DNA from: Mustelus asterias
Taxonomy: Eukaryota
Reading direction: 5' to 3'
Length of the DNA: 64,000 nucleotides
Assembly: GCF_964213995.1 (NCBI RefSeq)
Contig: NC_135830.1
Location: 9,486,001-9,550,000, forward strand
The position numbers were made by a program, and so were the translations under genes. Within the stretch, counting starts at the first letter, position 1. Every line of letters begins with the position of its first letter. This document shows, in pieces, positions 36,202 to 48,960 of this stretch. Below the pieces are notes generated by a model. That model did not search any database and was not told the DNA's origin. It was given only the letters and a program-made list of their open reading frames with translations.

Positions 36202-36425
36202 ATGAATTCTGCTAGGATTTTGTTTATGCCCTTTATTCAAATTTTCGACTGCACCTGGGGTGGAGAATCTGTTTTGTTATGAGGCCTCCTTCTCCAGTCA
36301 AAGAGAGCCCATTTCTATATATGGGTCGTGGAGATTCTGTCACCCAGCCGCTGTGCTCAGCAGTTCAGACAGAAAGAGAAGCAGTGACTTTGCAATGTAT
36401 CTACAAGACAACATTTTACTCCCTG
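36202..36425 (+). pseudogene. Fused TCR V 5' fragments
   Basis: MNSARILFMPFIQIFDCTWGGESVL* (leader/V start) followed by GRGDSVTQPLCSAVQTEREAVTLQCIYKTTF (36330-36420), a TCR V alpha/delta FR1. Confidence 0.65.
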
Positions 36426-36869
36426 AAAAGGGGAACAGTCTGAACAAATCAGTTAAGTTGCTTTAGTACCCCTTTGCTTCGACACTAAAGAAAGCAAATT
36501 AGTCTGTCAATGCTTGGCGCTGTTCTGATTTATAACTTCGTAAATTTCTCCGAAGACTTGGCGTTCTCTCGACTTCGTCGTCACCAGGATTTGAAAAGAG
36601 AACTCCAGCATTGATTTCCGCAGACTTCGCATCGTTTTCCCAAATACATATCAACAGTAACAAAGTCAGTCTCCAAAGAGCTCCAATTTAGATACCCGGG
36701 CAGCATTTTATTCTTGGTGTTATTTACAGTAAACACTGAAAAAACTCATCAGGAAAATCCGAACGTGCAATGAAAAGCATTTGCGGACAGACGGTGCCAG
36801 ATTGAAGACCCAACTCTGCAAACTGAAACCTGTATGGATGGTAGGCTTGTGATGTCACAGTAGAGTCAC

Positions 36870-37972
36870 GCCCTTCCCCCCTCCCCATCCCCCTCCACCA
36901 CCCCCCTTCCGCCCCATTCCCCACTCCCCCCTCAATCCACCCTCCCCCCTTCCATCCCACCTCCCCCGACATCTCATCCCCCCTTCATCCCCCCAACTCT
37001 ATTCCCCCTCCCTCTCCATCCCCACACACCCATCCCCTGCATCCCCCCTCCCACTCAATACCTCTCCCTCCCCCCTCCCCTCCCTCTACCCCGTCCCCCC
37101 ACTCCCCTCCCACGACCCCCGCCCCGCCCCCCCCCCCCCCGCGTTCCCTTCCGCCCTCCCTTCCCCCTCCCCTCCCTCTCCTCGTCACCTGCACCCCTTC
37201 CCCTCCCCCCACCTCCCGCGCCCCCTCCCGCCCTCCCCTCCCCCTTCCCCCATCGCCTCACTCCCCTCCTCCGCTTCGCTCCCCTCCTCCGACGCCTTCG
37301 GCCCTCTCCCCCATCCCCTCCACCCCTCCCTCCCCCTGCCTCCAGTTTCCCCCCCTCCCACCTCCCCCTCTCCCCTCCCCTTCCACTCCTCCCCCACTCC
37401 CCTTCCCCCATCCCCGCTGCACCCCCTTCCAGCTCCCCTCCCCCTCTCCCTCCCCTCCGACCGCCTCCCTCCCCCCTTCCACTCCTTCCCTCCGCGTCCC
37501 CCTACGCCTCCTCCCCTCCCCGTCCCCTCATCCTCCCCCCTCCCACCCGCTCCCCTATCCCCCCTCCCTGCCTCTCCCCCACGTCCCCCCACCCACACCT
37601 CCTCCTCACCCGTCTGCCCGCACCTTCCCCCCTCACCCAACCCCTCGCCCCTCCCCCCTCAACCCCTATCCCCTCCTCCCGCTCCACCACCACCTCCCCC
37701 CTGACCCACCTCCCCCTCTCCCCCCTCTACCTCACCGCTCCCCCTCCTCTTCCCCCTCGCCCCCCTCCCCCCATCTCCCTCCACCCTCCATTCCCTCCCC
37801 TCCGCCTCCCCCTTCCTCCCTCTCCTAGCCTCCCTCCGGCACCCTCCCTTCCTGCCCCACTCCTCCTCACCCTCCCCTCCCGTCCCGTCCCCCTTCCCCC
37901 GCCCCTCCCTCTCCCTCCCCTCCGCCCTCCCCATCCACCTCCCCCCCCCCCCTCCACATCCGCTCCCTCCCC
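36870..37972. repeat. ~1.1-kb C-rich polypyrimidine low-complexity tract
   Basis: Almost only C/T on the + strand. Confidence 0.95.
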
Positions 37973-38039
37973 TGGAGGACGGGGCGATCTATTACTGTGC
38001 AGTGAGCCACAGTGCTAGATTACAGTTAAAATGCTGTAC

Positions 38040-40800
38040 AAGGCTTGGATGTCTCAGGGACAGGACTGGATACTCCGGGTGCCGGGATTCAGATGTTTCA
38101 GGAAGGACAGGGAGGGAGGCAAGAGAGAGGGTGGAGTGGCACTGCTGATCAGGAATAGTGTCACAACTGTAGAGAAGGTGTATGCTGTGGAGGGATTGTC
38201 CACACAGTCTCTGTGGGTGGAAGTTCGGAGTGGGAAGGGGTCGATCACTTTGCTGGGAGTTTTCTATACCCGCCCAATAGTAACAGGGAGGTGGAGGAGC
38301 AGATAGGGAAACAGATCCTGGAGAGGTGCAGTAATAGCAGAGTTGTTGTGATGGGAGAGTTTAATTTCCCAAACATAGATTGGAATATCCCTAGGGTAAG
38401 GGGATTGGATGAGGAGCAGTTCGTGAGGTGTGTTCAGGAGGGTTTCCTAACACAGCATGTGGACAAGCCTACAAGAGGGGAGGCTGTACTTGAGCTGATA
38501 CTGACCAATGAACCTGGACAGGTGTCAGATCTCTCAGTGGGAGAGCATCTTGGGGATAGCGACCATTACTCTATCTCCTTTATGATTGCATTGGAAAAAG
38601 AGAGGATCAGGCAAGCTAGGAAAGCGTTTATATGGAGTAAGGGGAAATATGAAGACATAAGTCAGCAAATTAGAGGAGTAAATTGGAAGGAGGAATTCTC
38701 AGGGAAATGTACTGAAGAGAGGTGGCACTTTTTCAAGTAATGTCTGTCTAGAGTTCTACGGGACAACGTTCCGAGCAGACAGGGAGGTGTTGGTAGGTTA
38801 AAGGAACCGTGGTGCATGAAAGCTGTGCGGGACCTAGTCGAGAAGAAAAGGAATGCATACAAAAGGTTCAGAGAGCTTGGCGAAGATAGGGATCTAAATG
38901 TGTATACGGCTTGTAGGAAGGGACTAAAGAAGGAAATTAGGAAAGCCAGAAGGGGTCACGAGGAAGGCCTTGGCAGATAGGATTAAGGAAAACCCTAAGG
39001 CGTTCCATAAATATGTGAGGAGTAAAAGGATGAGACGTGAAGGAATAGGGCCTATAAAAGTTGAAAGCAGGAAAGTCTCTACGGAACCAGTAGAAATGGC
39101 AGAGGTGCTTAATGAGTATTTTGCCTCGGTTTTCACAGAGGAGAAGGACCTGGGTGGATGTACTGCGGGCTTGCGGTGGACTGAAAAGATTGAGTATGTG
39201 GACTTAAAGAAAGAGGTTGTGCTGGAATCTTTGAATGGCTTCAAGATAGATAGGTCGCCGGGTCTGGCTGGGATGTACCCCAGGTTACTGTGGGTGGCGA
39301 GGGAAGAGATTGCAGAGCCTCTGGCGATGATCTTTGCGTCGTCGATGGAGACGGGAGAGGTGACAGAGGATTGGAGGATTGCAGATGTGGTTCCTATTTT
39401 CAAGAAGGGGAATAAGGATAGCCCAGGAAATTACCGACCGGTGAGTCTAATCTCAGTGGTTGGTAAGCTGATGGAGAAGATCCTGAGGGACAAGATTTAT
39501 GAGCATTTAGAGAGGTTTAGTATGCTCAAGAATACTCTACATGGTTTTGTCAAAGGCAGATCGTGCCTTACGAGTCTGGTGTCGTTCTTCGAAAATGTGA
39601 CTAAAGACATTGACGAAGGGAAAGCGGTAGATGTGGTTTATATGGATTTTAGCAAGGCTTTCGATAAGGTCCCCCATGTAAGGCATCTAGAAAAAGTGAG
39701 AGGGCATGGGATCCAAGGGGCTGCTGCCCTGTGGATCCAGAACTGGCTTGCCTAAAGGAGGCAGAGAGTGTGTATAGATGGGTCTTTTTCTAAATGGAGG
39801 TCGGTGACCAGTGGCATGCCCCAGCGATCTGTTCTGGGACCCTTGCTGTTTGTCATTTTCATAAATGAGCTGGATGAGGAAGTGGAGGGATGGGTTGGTC
39901 AGTTTGCCGACGACACGAAGGTTGGTGGGGTTGTGGATAGTCTGGAGGGATGTCAGAAGTTACAGAGGGGCATAGATAGGATGCAAGACTGGGCGGAGAA
40001 GTGGCAGATTGACTTCAACCCAGATAAATGCGTCGTGGTCCATTTTGCCAGGTCAAATGGGATGAAGGAGTACAATATTAAGGGAAAGAAGCTTCGTACT
40101 GTAGAGGATCAGAAGGACCTTGGGGTCCGGGTCCATAGGATTCTAAAATTGGCCTCGCAGGTGGAGGAGGTGGTTAAGAAGGCGTATGGCGTGCTGGCCT
40201 TTATCAATCGAGGGATTGAGTTTCAGAGTCCGGGGATAATGATGCAGCTATATAAGACCCTCGCCAGACCCCACTTGGAGTACTGTGCTCAGTTCTGGTC
40301 GCCTCATTATAGGAAGGATGTGGAAAAGATTGAAAGGGTGCAGAGGAGATTTACAAGGATGTTGCCTGTATTTAGTGGCATGCCTTATGAGGATAGGCTG
40401 AGGGAGCTCGGTCTTTTCTCCTTGGAGAGATGTAGGATGAGAGGAGACCTAATAGAGGTATATAAGATGTTGAGAGGCATAGATCGGGTGGTCTCTCAGA
40501 GGCTTTTTCCCAGGGAGGAAATGGCTTATACGAGAGGACACAGATTTACTGTGCTGGAGGGTAGGTACAGGGGAAATGTTAGGTGGAGGTTTTTCACACA
40601 GAGGGTGGTGGGCGAGTGGAATCGGCTGCTGTCAGTGGTGGTGGAGGCAAACTCGAAAGGGTCTTTTAAGAGACTCCTGGATGAGTCCATGGGACTTAAT
40701 AGGATGGAGGGTTATAGGTAGGCCTGGAAGGTAAGGATGTGTTCGGCACAACTTATGGGGCTGATGGGCCTGTTTGGTGCTGTAGTTTTTCTATGTTTCT
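38040..40800 (+). mobile_element. Near-complete CR1 ORF2 (APE + RT + 3' tail), a few stops and frameshifts
   Basis: RKDREGGKREGGVALLIR, MGEFNFPNIDW, GDSDH, NYRPVSL, YMDFSKAFDKVPH, QFADDTK, RPHLEYCAQFW. Confidence 0.95.
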
Positions 40801-40814
40801 ATTAATTGTTTTGT

Positions 40815-43769
40815 TGTGGTAATTTCTGCTCCAATATGTGGGTGCATTCCCTAATACGCTCTGAATCTCCCCTCTGAATCTCTGTTTTACATGGGGTGAA
40901 GGGTTTATAATTAGCTTTTGGACGTGCACCATTTCCCCGTTGGGTTACTGCCGCTAAGTTGTATTCTAGCGCTTCCCACTCCTCTGGAGGAGCGGTTGGT
41001 CCCTGTGCGGACTCATTCGGAGGTAGAGGAACAGTTTCCCCTCCCCATTGTTTTTCTTCTTAGACTTGGTTTCATTTCTCCAATTCTCTTATTCTGGATT
41101 CTAACTCTCTAATCTTTTCTTTATCTTGCTCAGTTATTCCAGCTAACTGACGTACTAACGATACTCCTATTTTCTTTGTCTTGTTTCTCTTTAGTAGGCA
41201 GGGGGCTTTTGTCCGTTAATTTCTTTTACATAGATCATTTTATTCGTTATGGGTAAGGGTAGGTCAGTGATAGATATGGAGGGCCCCGTGCCCAACAGCA
41301 TTTCACATTATCTGCCCCCTACTAGTGCAGACACGTAGATTCTACCCTCCTCTTACCCAATCTCGCCCCTCATCAGTTTGCCCACTCCTGTGATGGCGGA
41401 GGAAATCCGTGTTTGCTCCAACAAGTGGCCTCAGTATGGCCAACCTTATTGCAAAACAGGCAGATAGGGGCCTTCCTGCGACCCCCCCCCCCCCACCTCC
41501 TCCCCCCGCCCCCCCCCCCTCCCCCCGGTGCCCTACAGTCTCTGGCAAAGTGACCCAGTTTCCCAAAATTATGGTACGCACCCTTGGGTTCAGCTCCTCC
41601 ACTGTTTGCACTAACTGTTTCCTGTTTTATTCGTGGGTATGCTTTCTCATCTGGTCCGTCTCTAATTCCAGATGTCCATTCTACTATTTCATCATAGTTC
41701 TGGGTATTGCGAACTCCCATTTTAAGGATTTTTTTGGTGAGCTGGCGACAGCCCTTCTTTAAATGCTTGTAAAAAGGCTTTATCTGTTCGGGCACTTTCG
41801 GGTATTCCAGAACATTCTTGGTATACTCTAAAGAGTCGCTCTCCAAATTCGGAGGCTCCTTCACCCCTTTGTTGTTTTATATTGGTAATTTGTTTGGTGC
41901 ATTACCCAAGACTCGTTGGACTTCTGCCTTAAACCGATTAAATTGCTCAACCGTTGCTCGATTTCGGCGGTTGTCTCTGTCGCGTATGTCCAACTCCCAC
42001 CTCGGTAATCCAACCGAGCTTGGTCAGCGTCATTAACCTCGTCCCCACCGTCACCCATTAGTCTCCATTTATCCCGCGGGCGAGCAGCCCGTACCAACTG
42101 GTGTATATCCCGCAAATGTAACTGGTGTCCAACCCAAATAGTGTCCAGTTCTGCCCAAACTTTGCTGTTGTTACTCCGGGGCTGGAGCCTTCCCAGGGAT
42201 GCCAAAATCTGTTGTCTTTCACCTGGGGTAAAGGGTTTATATCGGGCAGTGGGATGCTGTAACGTCCCAGCCCGAGTTATGGGACCGAGATCATGGATCT
42301 CTTCCTTATAGGGGTCTCCCACTGGCGCCGTGGATTGTACGGCCGGCCCAGAGGGAGGCCAGAATCCCCCGATAGGGTCCTCTGAAAGTTGGTTTCGCTT
42401 TTCTAATTCGCTATTGCGTGTTTCCAACATTTTAATTGTTGCTTTGTCATCAGCCCATTTCTTACCAGAGACTGCGACCTGTTCAATTAATCCAGCCAAT
42501 TGCTGAACTAAGAGAACCACACTTTTCTTAGTTCTGTCTTTCTTTGCTTTTTCCAACCACTTTCGTTGTTGGTCTCGTGGGTGGTCTATCTGTTTAATGA
42601 GTTTGTCTCTCTTAATCATATTTTCATTTATCAGGGACCCCGGGCCCCACTGTCGTTGCCCGACATTACATCGATAAGGTTATACTCACCAAATGGAGAC
42701 TCTCCTTTCTCGCTCTCCCCTCCTCGGTTTCTCGTATCCGAATTCAGTGATACATGTCAGGGGTGATCAGTTCCCTCCGTACCACCATTTACACAATATT
42801 TTTATTAAGCCGGCTTTCACATGAAGGCTTTTCCTTCAACTCCGGTGATCACTCAGACAGTCTCTATCTATCACTCATCACTCACGTCTGAACATCACAC
42901 CTCAGGCAACCCTGACACCCATTTCAAATTCCTAACTTGAGCGTGGTAGATTTCTCCTCTTAACAGTCAGTTTAAGGCAGGGTGCCAGAGTCAGTTACCT
43001 CCTTGTCCATATGTGCTCAGTTCAGACGTCTTTCATCAGTTCAGACACTCTCTCATCACAGATGATCACCCAATGTATTTTGACCCACTGCATCAAGTTC
43101 AGTAACTATTCCGGTGTCCCAGTCGTGGCCATTCGACCGGACCTGTAAACAGTCCCGGGTTGCGGCACCATTTGTTGTAGGTAAAGATACCTCTCAGTCT
43201 ATTCGAAGGTCAAAATATACTGGTTCATTTTCACAATTGTGGGCGACCGTCCGATGCCTAACATGGCCTCAGACCTCTCAGCAAGTACAGGTTAAGAACA
43301 TACATTTATACCCTTCCTTGCACGTCCGCAGTTTCCCAAGCCTCACAGGTTCCCAGGCCATGGTGTGAATCTTGCTGCCTTGGTGTTTTCTTCACGGTTA
43401 TCCCAAGGCCGCGAGTGTTGTTGTTCTCTGTGAGCACAGGTGGGGTCTCTTTGTAATGTACGAGGTTACAATCTTCGCGCAAACGAGTTAACTGGCATAT
43501 AACAATTTATATATGTTCGCAGGTACTTGTATAATGTATATCGGTACAGGTTACGATGAACTTATATGAAGGTTATCATTACACGTCACAGAAGGCCTAT
43601 ATGTAGGCTTCCATTGTTACACAGCAATACATAATTAAGGAATACAAAATGGCGTGTTAGCCACATTCGTGAACAGAAAAACATACAGCAGCTGTGCTCT
43701 TATCTGTTCTTGAATACGTGAGCATGAAAACACCCGAACGTAAACATGAATTCGACAGAATTTCTCACA
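40815..43769 (-). mobile_element. Truncated LTR retroelement/ERV: LTR ~43173-43769, PBS 43153-43170, gag 42619-41373, protease start, second gag fragment
   Basis: PBS TGGTGCCGCAACCCGGGA (17/18 match to the tRNA-Phe 3' end) 2 nt after LTR-terminal CA; zinc knuckles CLFCNKVGHTEATC and degenerate ..GKLGHFARDC; MLLGTGPSIS resembling the DTGA protease motif. Confidence 0.8.
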
Positions 43770-43982
43770 CAAGCTCTGAATATCACAGAGGTCACTTTGA
43801 CACTCCAAGTATTGAAGTTCATTAACACAGTCCCGACTTCATAACCTTTGAAGAATTCGACTGTGTGTTCCGCGGACCAAACAGTCCCTCAACCTTTCTC
43901 GTAATGCGGGCCGGATCCTTTCAATCTGGACAGGAAATCTGAGAATGTCTCTCGTGGGGTCCCGAATTGCTGAGTGAAATTT

Positions 43983-44283
43983 AGAACATAGAACATAGAA
44001 CATTACAGCGCAGAACAGGCCCTTCGGCCCACGATGTTGCACCGACCAGTTAAAAAAAAAACTGTGACCCTCCAACCTAAACCAATTTCTTTTCGTCCAT
44101 GAACCTATCTACGGATCTCTTAAACGCCCCCAAACTAGGCGCATTTACTACTGATGCTGGCAGGGCATTCCAATCCCTCACCACCCTCTGGGTAAAGAAC
44201 CTACCCCTGACATCGGTTCTATAACTACCCCCCCTCAATTTAAAGCCATGCCCCCTCGTGCTGGATTTCTCCATCAGAGGAAT
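43983..44283 (-). mobile_element. CR1 3' tail fragment
   Basis: TRGHGFKL..FFTQRVV..WNALP; (TAGAACA)n tail. Confidence 0.85.
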
Positions 44284-44619
44284 TGTAGCTCAATAGAATG
44301 GTTGAGTGTCGGGGGATGGGCGGGGGCGTTGAAATTACTTTGAACCAACTCATCCAGCTCTTCAAAAGATGTGGGGCTGAATCTTTCTGTCCCACCCACC
44401 ACAGGAATTGTTGTGGACGGGACACAGACCATGCAAAGTTCCATAGACCTCAAGTGGGATTTTCCAAACTTGGGGTGAGTGTGATGGAGAATCCGTCCCT
44501 GATTGTCAGGAGCATCAGGCAATGTTAAACTCCTGATTAAACTGTATGTCCAGTGGTCCCCGAACTGTGCAAATAATAACCTCCTACCTTTCTTCAGTTG
44601 TTATCTCATTCACTACAAA

Positions 44620-45870
44620 GGGGCGGCACAGTGACACAGCCTCACAGCGCCAGGGACCTGTGTTTGATTCCAGACTTGGGTGGCTGTCTGTGGAGTCAGC
44701 AGGTTCTACCCATGTCTGCATGAGTTTCCTCCGCACTGAAAAGATGTGCAGGTTAGATGGATTAGCAAGGCTACATTGCCCATTAGTGCCTCCAGATATG
44801 TATGTTAGGTGGATTGTCCATTCTAAAGACGTGCGGGTTAGGTTGATTGGCAATGCTAAAAAAAAAATTGCCCTTAGTGTCCTGAGATGCGTAGGTTAGA
44901 GGGATTCGTAGGTGGGTATGGGGGTAGGGCCGGGGTGGGATTGTGGTCGGTGCAGACTCGATAGGCCGAATGGCCTCTTTCTGTACTGTAGGGTTTCTAT
45001 GATTCTAAGTTTCTCCTTAATGTCCCAAGATGGAGAGTTTAGGCTGATTGGCCATGCTAAATGTACCCTTTGTGCCTCAAAATATGTAGGATAGGTGGAT
45101 TGGCCATGCTAAATTGCCCCTTAGTGTCCCAAGATGTGCAGGTTAGGGGTATTAGTGGGGTCAATGTGGGGATAGGATCTGTGTGAAATGCTCTATCAGA
45201 GAGACAATACAGACATGATGGGCCAAATAGCCTTCTTTTCTTCTGTCGTGATTCGATGATTTTCTGTGTGGAGTTTGAACGTTCTCACCTTGTGTACATG
45301 GGTTTCCTCACACACTCCAAAGGGCGGCACGGTAGCACAGTGGTTAGCACTGCTGCTTCACAGCTCCAGGGTCCTGGGTTCGATTCCCGGCTCGGGTCAC
45401 TGTCTGTGTGGAGTTTGCACATTCTCCTCATGTCTGCGTGGGTTTCCTCCGGGTGCTCCGGTTTCCTCCCACAGTCCAAAGATGTGCGGGTTAGGTTGAT
45501 TGGCCAGGTTAAAAATTGCCCCTTAGAGTCCTGAGATGCGTAGGTTAGAGGGACTAGTGGGTAAATATGTGGGGTAGGGCCTGGGTGGGATTGTGGTTGG
45601 TGCAGACCCGATGGGCCGAATGGCCTCCTTCTGCACTGCAGGGTTTCTATGATTTCTATGTGCAGGTTAGGTGGATTGACCATGATAAATTGCCCCTTCG
45701 TGTCCCAATATGTGCAGCTTAGATGGATTGGCCATGCTAAGTTGCCCCTTAGTGACAACAGGACTAGTATGGTAAACAACTGGGGTAACAGGGATAGGGT
45801 CACTTTGGGATTGTTGTGGGTCGGATTCAATTGGACAAATGGCCTCCTTCTGCACCTGTAGGGATTCGGA
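44620..45870 (+). mobile_element. Cluster of HE1 SINE copies and tails; full copy at ~45321-45657
   Basis: GGGCGGCACGGTAGCACAGTGGTTAGCAC..GGTTCGATTCCCGG head, V-domain, repeated GGATTGGCCATGCTAAATTGCCCC tails. Confidence 0.9.
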
Positions 45871-46893
45871 AAAAAGTAATGCAAACTTGCAATACATTGG
45901 CCCCAGTTTCCACTTCAGGGTGGAATTGCTCTTATTTGCCGATCACTTTTTCCTTGCTTCTTATTTTCGATGATCCAGTCTCTTCCTCTTTAGTTGTGCT
46001 CTGTCATTCCCAATGTCTTGGAAAGCATTTTCCCTCATTGCGAGTGTAGTAAATCGAGGGCCGCTCAATAAGGCTTCAGAAAGAAAAGGTTTTATTGCCA
46101 GTAAACAAATAAGTATATTGATCAAATGGTCAGATAGAATAACTCTGTAACTGTACAATTCTCCTTCCTGGTTCCAACTGCCAATCCTCCGCTGGCTCGG
46201 GATATGCGCCCTCGCACTCGATTTTCTCAGCGTCCCACCTCAACACTCCATAGGATCAGGCCTAAACACATGGCCCAAAGGAAATGCCCCCTTAATTGGC
46301 CGCACTACTACAGTTGGCAAATCACTCATCATCCTGACTTGGAAATAGATCAGCTGTTCCTTCACTGTCACTGGGTCCAAATCCTGGAATGTCCTCCCTA
46401 ACAGCGCTGTGGTTGTACCAACACTGGACAGGCTGCAGTCGTTCAAAAAGAGAGTTCACCACCACCTTCATGAGAGCAGCTCGCGATGGACAATAAATGC
46501 CTGGAATAGCCAGTGATACTCACATCCCATAAAATTAATTTCGAACGAAATGGGAAGATTGAAAGTTTATGGCCAGTGTCTCCACTATTTCCACTTGTCC
46601 AGCTTTCAGTGAACCTCCACCATCATCCAGCTGGGTACATGTTCTATTCCATTGTGATATGAAAAGTGTTGGATTGAACAGGGTTAAGTGAAGCTGTTTG
46701 TTTAGTGACTGTAGTTGATGTGAGTCTCCATGGATCAGATTAGTGTGCCTGGAAGGCTTTCCCTCTTCTATTAATAAGGGATTCCGTTCAATGTGTTGTC
46801 CCATTGAGACATCGGGAGCGACAACTCCGACACTAACAGAGATCAGCGGCTGTGGAGAGAGGGAGGGAGAGGAGAGATCAGAATCTGGGAACA

Positions 46894-47098
46894 ATGGATT
46901 GGAATGTTCCAACAATGGATCAGAATCTGGGAACAATGGATTGGTATATTCCAACACTGGACAGGAATTTTGCTTCCGAGCTGTTCTCTTTTTCTCAATT
47001 TTGGTTTGGTTCGTTACCGTTAACAATTCGCATCCGTTCTGTTCTCTTTGTTATTCAAGTGGTTTACTATCCTATCCTGGCTATTGTTGGTGTCCCTG
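46894..47098 (+). CDS. Exon 1 of a second GPR139/142-like GPCR; exon 2 not found in the window
   Basis: Ends VVYYPILAIVGVP G|gtaagt, homologous to exon 1 at 27466; N-terminal 7-aa repeats. Confidence 0.8.
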
Positions 47099-47319
47099 GT
47101 AAGTCTCTGTTTCCACTTATTCTATTTGTCAAATATGTTTCATTGTATTACTCAACTTCTTATTTCAGTTCTGGGAGCATGGAGTCCATTGACTTCAGTT
47201 TCACACTTTATCTCTGCTCCCTGTCCATTTATTCCATTCCTGTACCTGAAGCTGGTCCACACTGATTAACCCTTTGACCTTGAGCTGATTACTCACCCCA
47301 TATCCCATGCAGGCATATA

Positions 47320-48960
47320 AAACATTGGTTAGGCCACATTTCGGGTATTGTGTGCAATGCTGTTCACCACACTACCTGATGGATGAGTAAGCTTTGGAGA
47401 CAGTGCAAAGAGAGTTCACCAGGATGCTACCATTAACCGGAAACTCAACTGGTCTCACCACACAAACACAGTAGCGACAGGAGCAGGTCAGGGGTGAGGA
47501 ATACTGCGGCAAGTCAGTCATCTCCTGATTCCACAAAGCCTGTCCACCAAGTACAAGGCACAAGTCAGGAGTGTGATGGAATACTCCAGACTTGCCGAAA
47601 TAGGTGCAGCTCCACCAAAATTCAAGAAGCTTGACACCATCCAGGACAAAGCAGTCTGCTTGCCTGGTACCACATCCACAAATATTCACTCCCTCCATCT
47701 CCGATGCTCAGTAGCAGCAGTGTGTACTATCTACCAGATGCACTGTGGCAATTCACCCAAGGTCCTTAGACAGCGCCTACCAAACCCAAGACCACTTCCG
47801 CCTAGGAGGACAAGGGCAGCAGATACATGCGGACACCACCACCTGCTAGCTCCCGCCCAAGCCATTTAACGTCCTGGTTTGGAAATACATCATCGGTTCC
47901 TTCGCAGTTGCTGTGTTAAAATACTGAAAATCCAACCTAAATGGCGTTGCGGGTCAACCCGCTGCACATGGACTGCAGCGATTGAAGAAGCTGGCTCACA
48001 ACCACCTTCTCAAGGGCAACTGTGAATGGGCAATTTAAAATGCTGGCCACCCAGCAACGCCCATGCCCAACGAATGAATTTATAAATATGTTGTGTGTTC
48101 TCGTGGGTGCTGTTTAAGAAGAGAGGCTGAATAAACTAGAATTGTTTTCACTGGAAAGACAGTGGTTGAGGGGAGACCAGATAGATGTCTACAAATTTAT
48201 CAGAGGAAAAGACAGGGAGGATAGTCAGGTACTTTTTTCCCAGGGTTGAAGTGTCAATTACGAGGTGGCACAGGTTCAACGTGAGAGGGATAACGTTTAA
48301 GGGAGATGTGCTGGGGAGGTTTTTCAAGCAGAGTGTGGTGGGTGCCTGGAACGTGCTGCCAGAGGATATGGTGGAATAGAGAGATACGGTCAGAGTAAGG
48401 GCAGTAGCTTTTCTTTTGTTTAGTGAGGACATTATAGAAACATAGAAATATAGAAGATAGGAGCTGGAGGAGGCCCTTCGAGCCTGCTCCACAATTCATT
48501 GCGACCATGGCTGATCGCCCAACTCAATAGCATAATCCTGTTTTTTCCCCATAACCTTTGATCCCATTCGCCCCAAGTGCTATATCCAGCTGTCTCTTGA
48601 ATACTTTCAATATTTTGGCATCGGCTACTTCCTGCAGCAATGAATTCGACAGGCTCACCACTCTTGGAGTGAAGAAATGTATCCTCAGCTCTGTCCTAAA
48701 TGGTCTACCCCGAATCCTCAGACTGTGACCCCTGGTTCTGGACTCCCCCACCATTGGACATATCCTCCTTGCATCTATCTGGTCTAGTCCTGTTAGAATT
48801 TTAGAAGTCTCTATGAGAACCCCCCTCATGCATCTGAACTCAAGCGAAAATAATCCTAACCTAATGAATCCCTCCTCATACATCAGTCCCGCCATCCCCG
48901 GAATCAGCCTGGTAAACCGTAAAAATGATGATTGGCATTGGCTTCGAAGGCCCAACGGCC
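47320..48960. mobile_element. Nested LINE debris (CR1 +, second LINE family + at 47433-48085, CR1 - at 48433-48917)
   Basis: RT C-terminal peptides in ORFs 47573-47869, 48185-48379, 48524-48955. Confidence 0.85.

Noticed and set aside
36724-37957. Gly/Arg/Glu-rich ORFs
   Set aside because: Artefacts of the poly-C tract
45321-45395. tRNA-like sequence
   Set aside because: It is the head of an HE1 SINE, continuing into the V-domain
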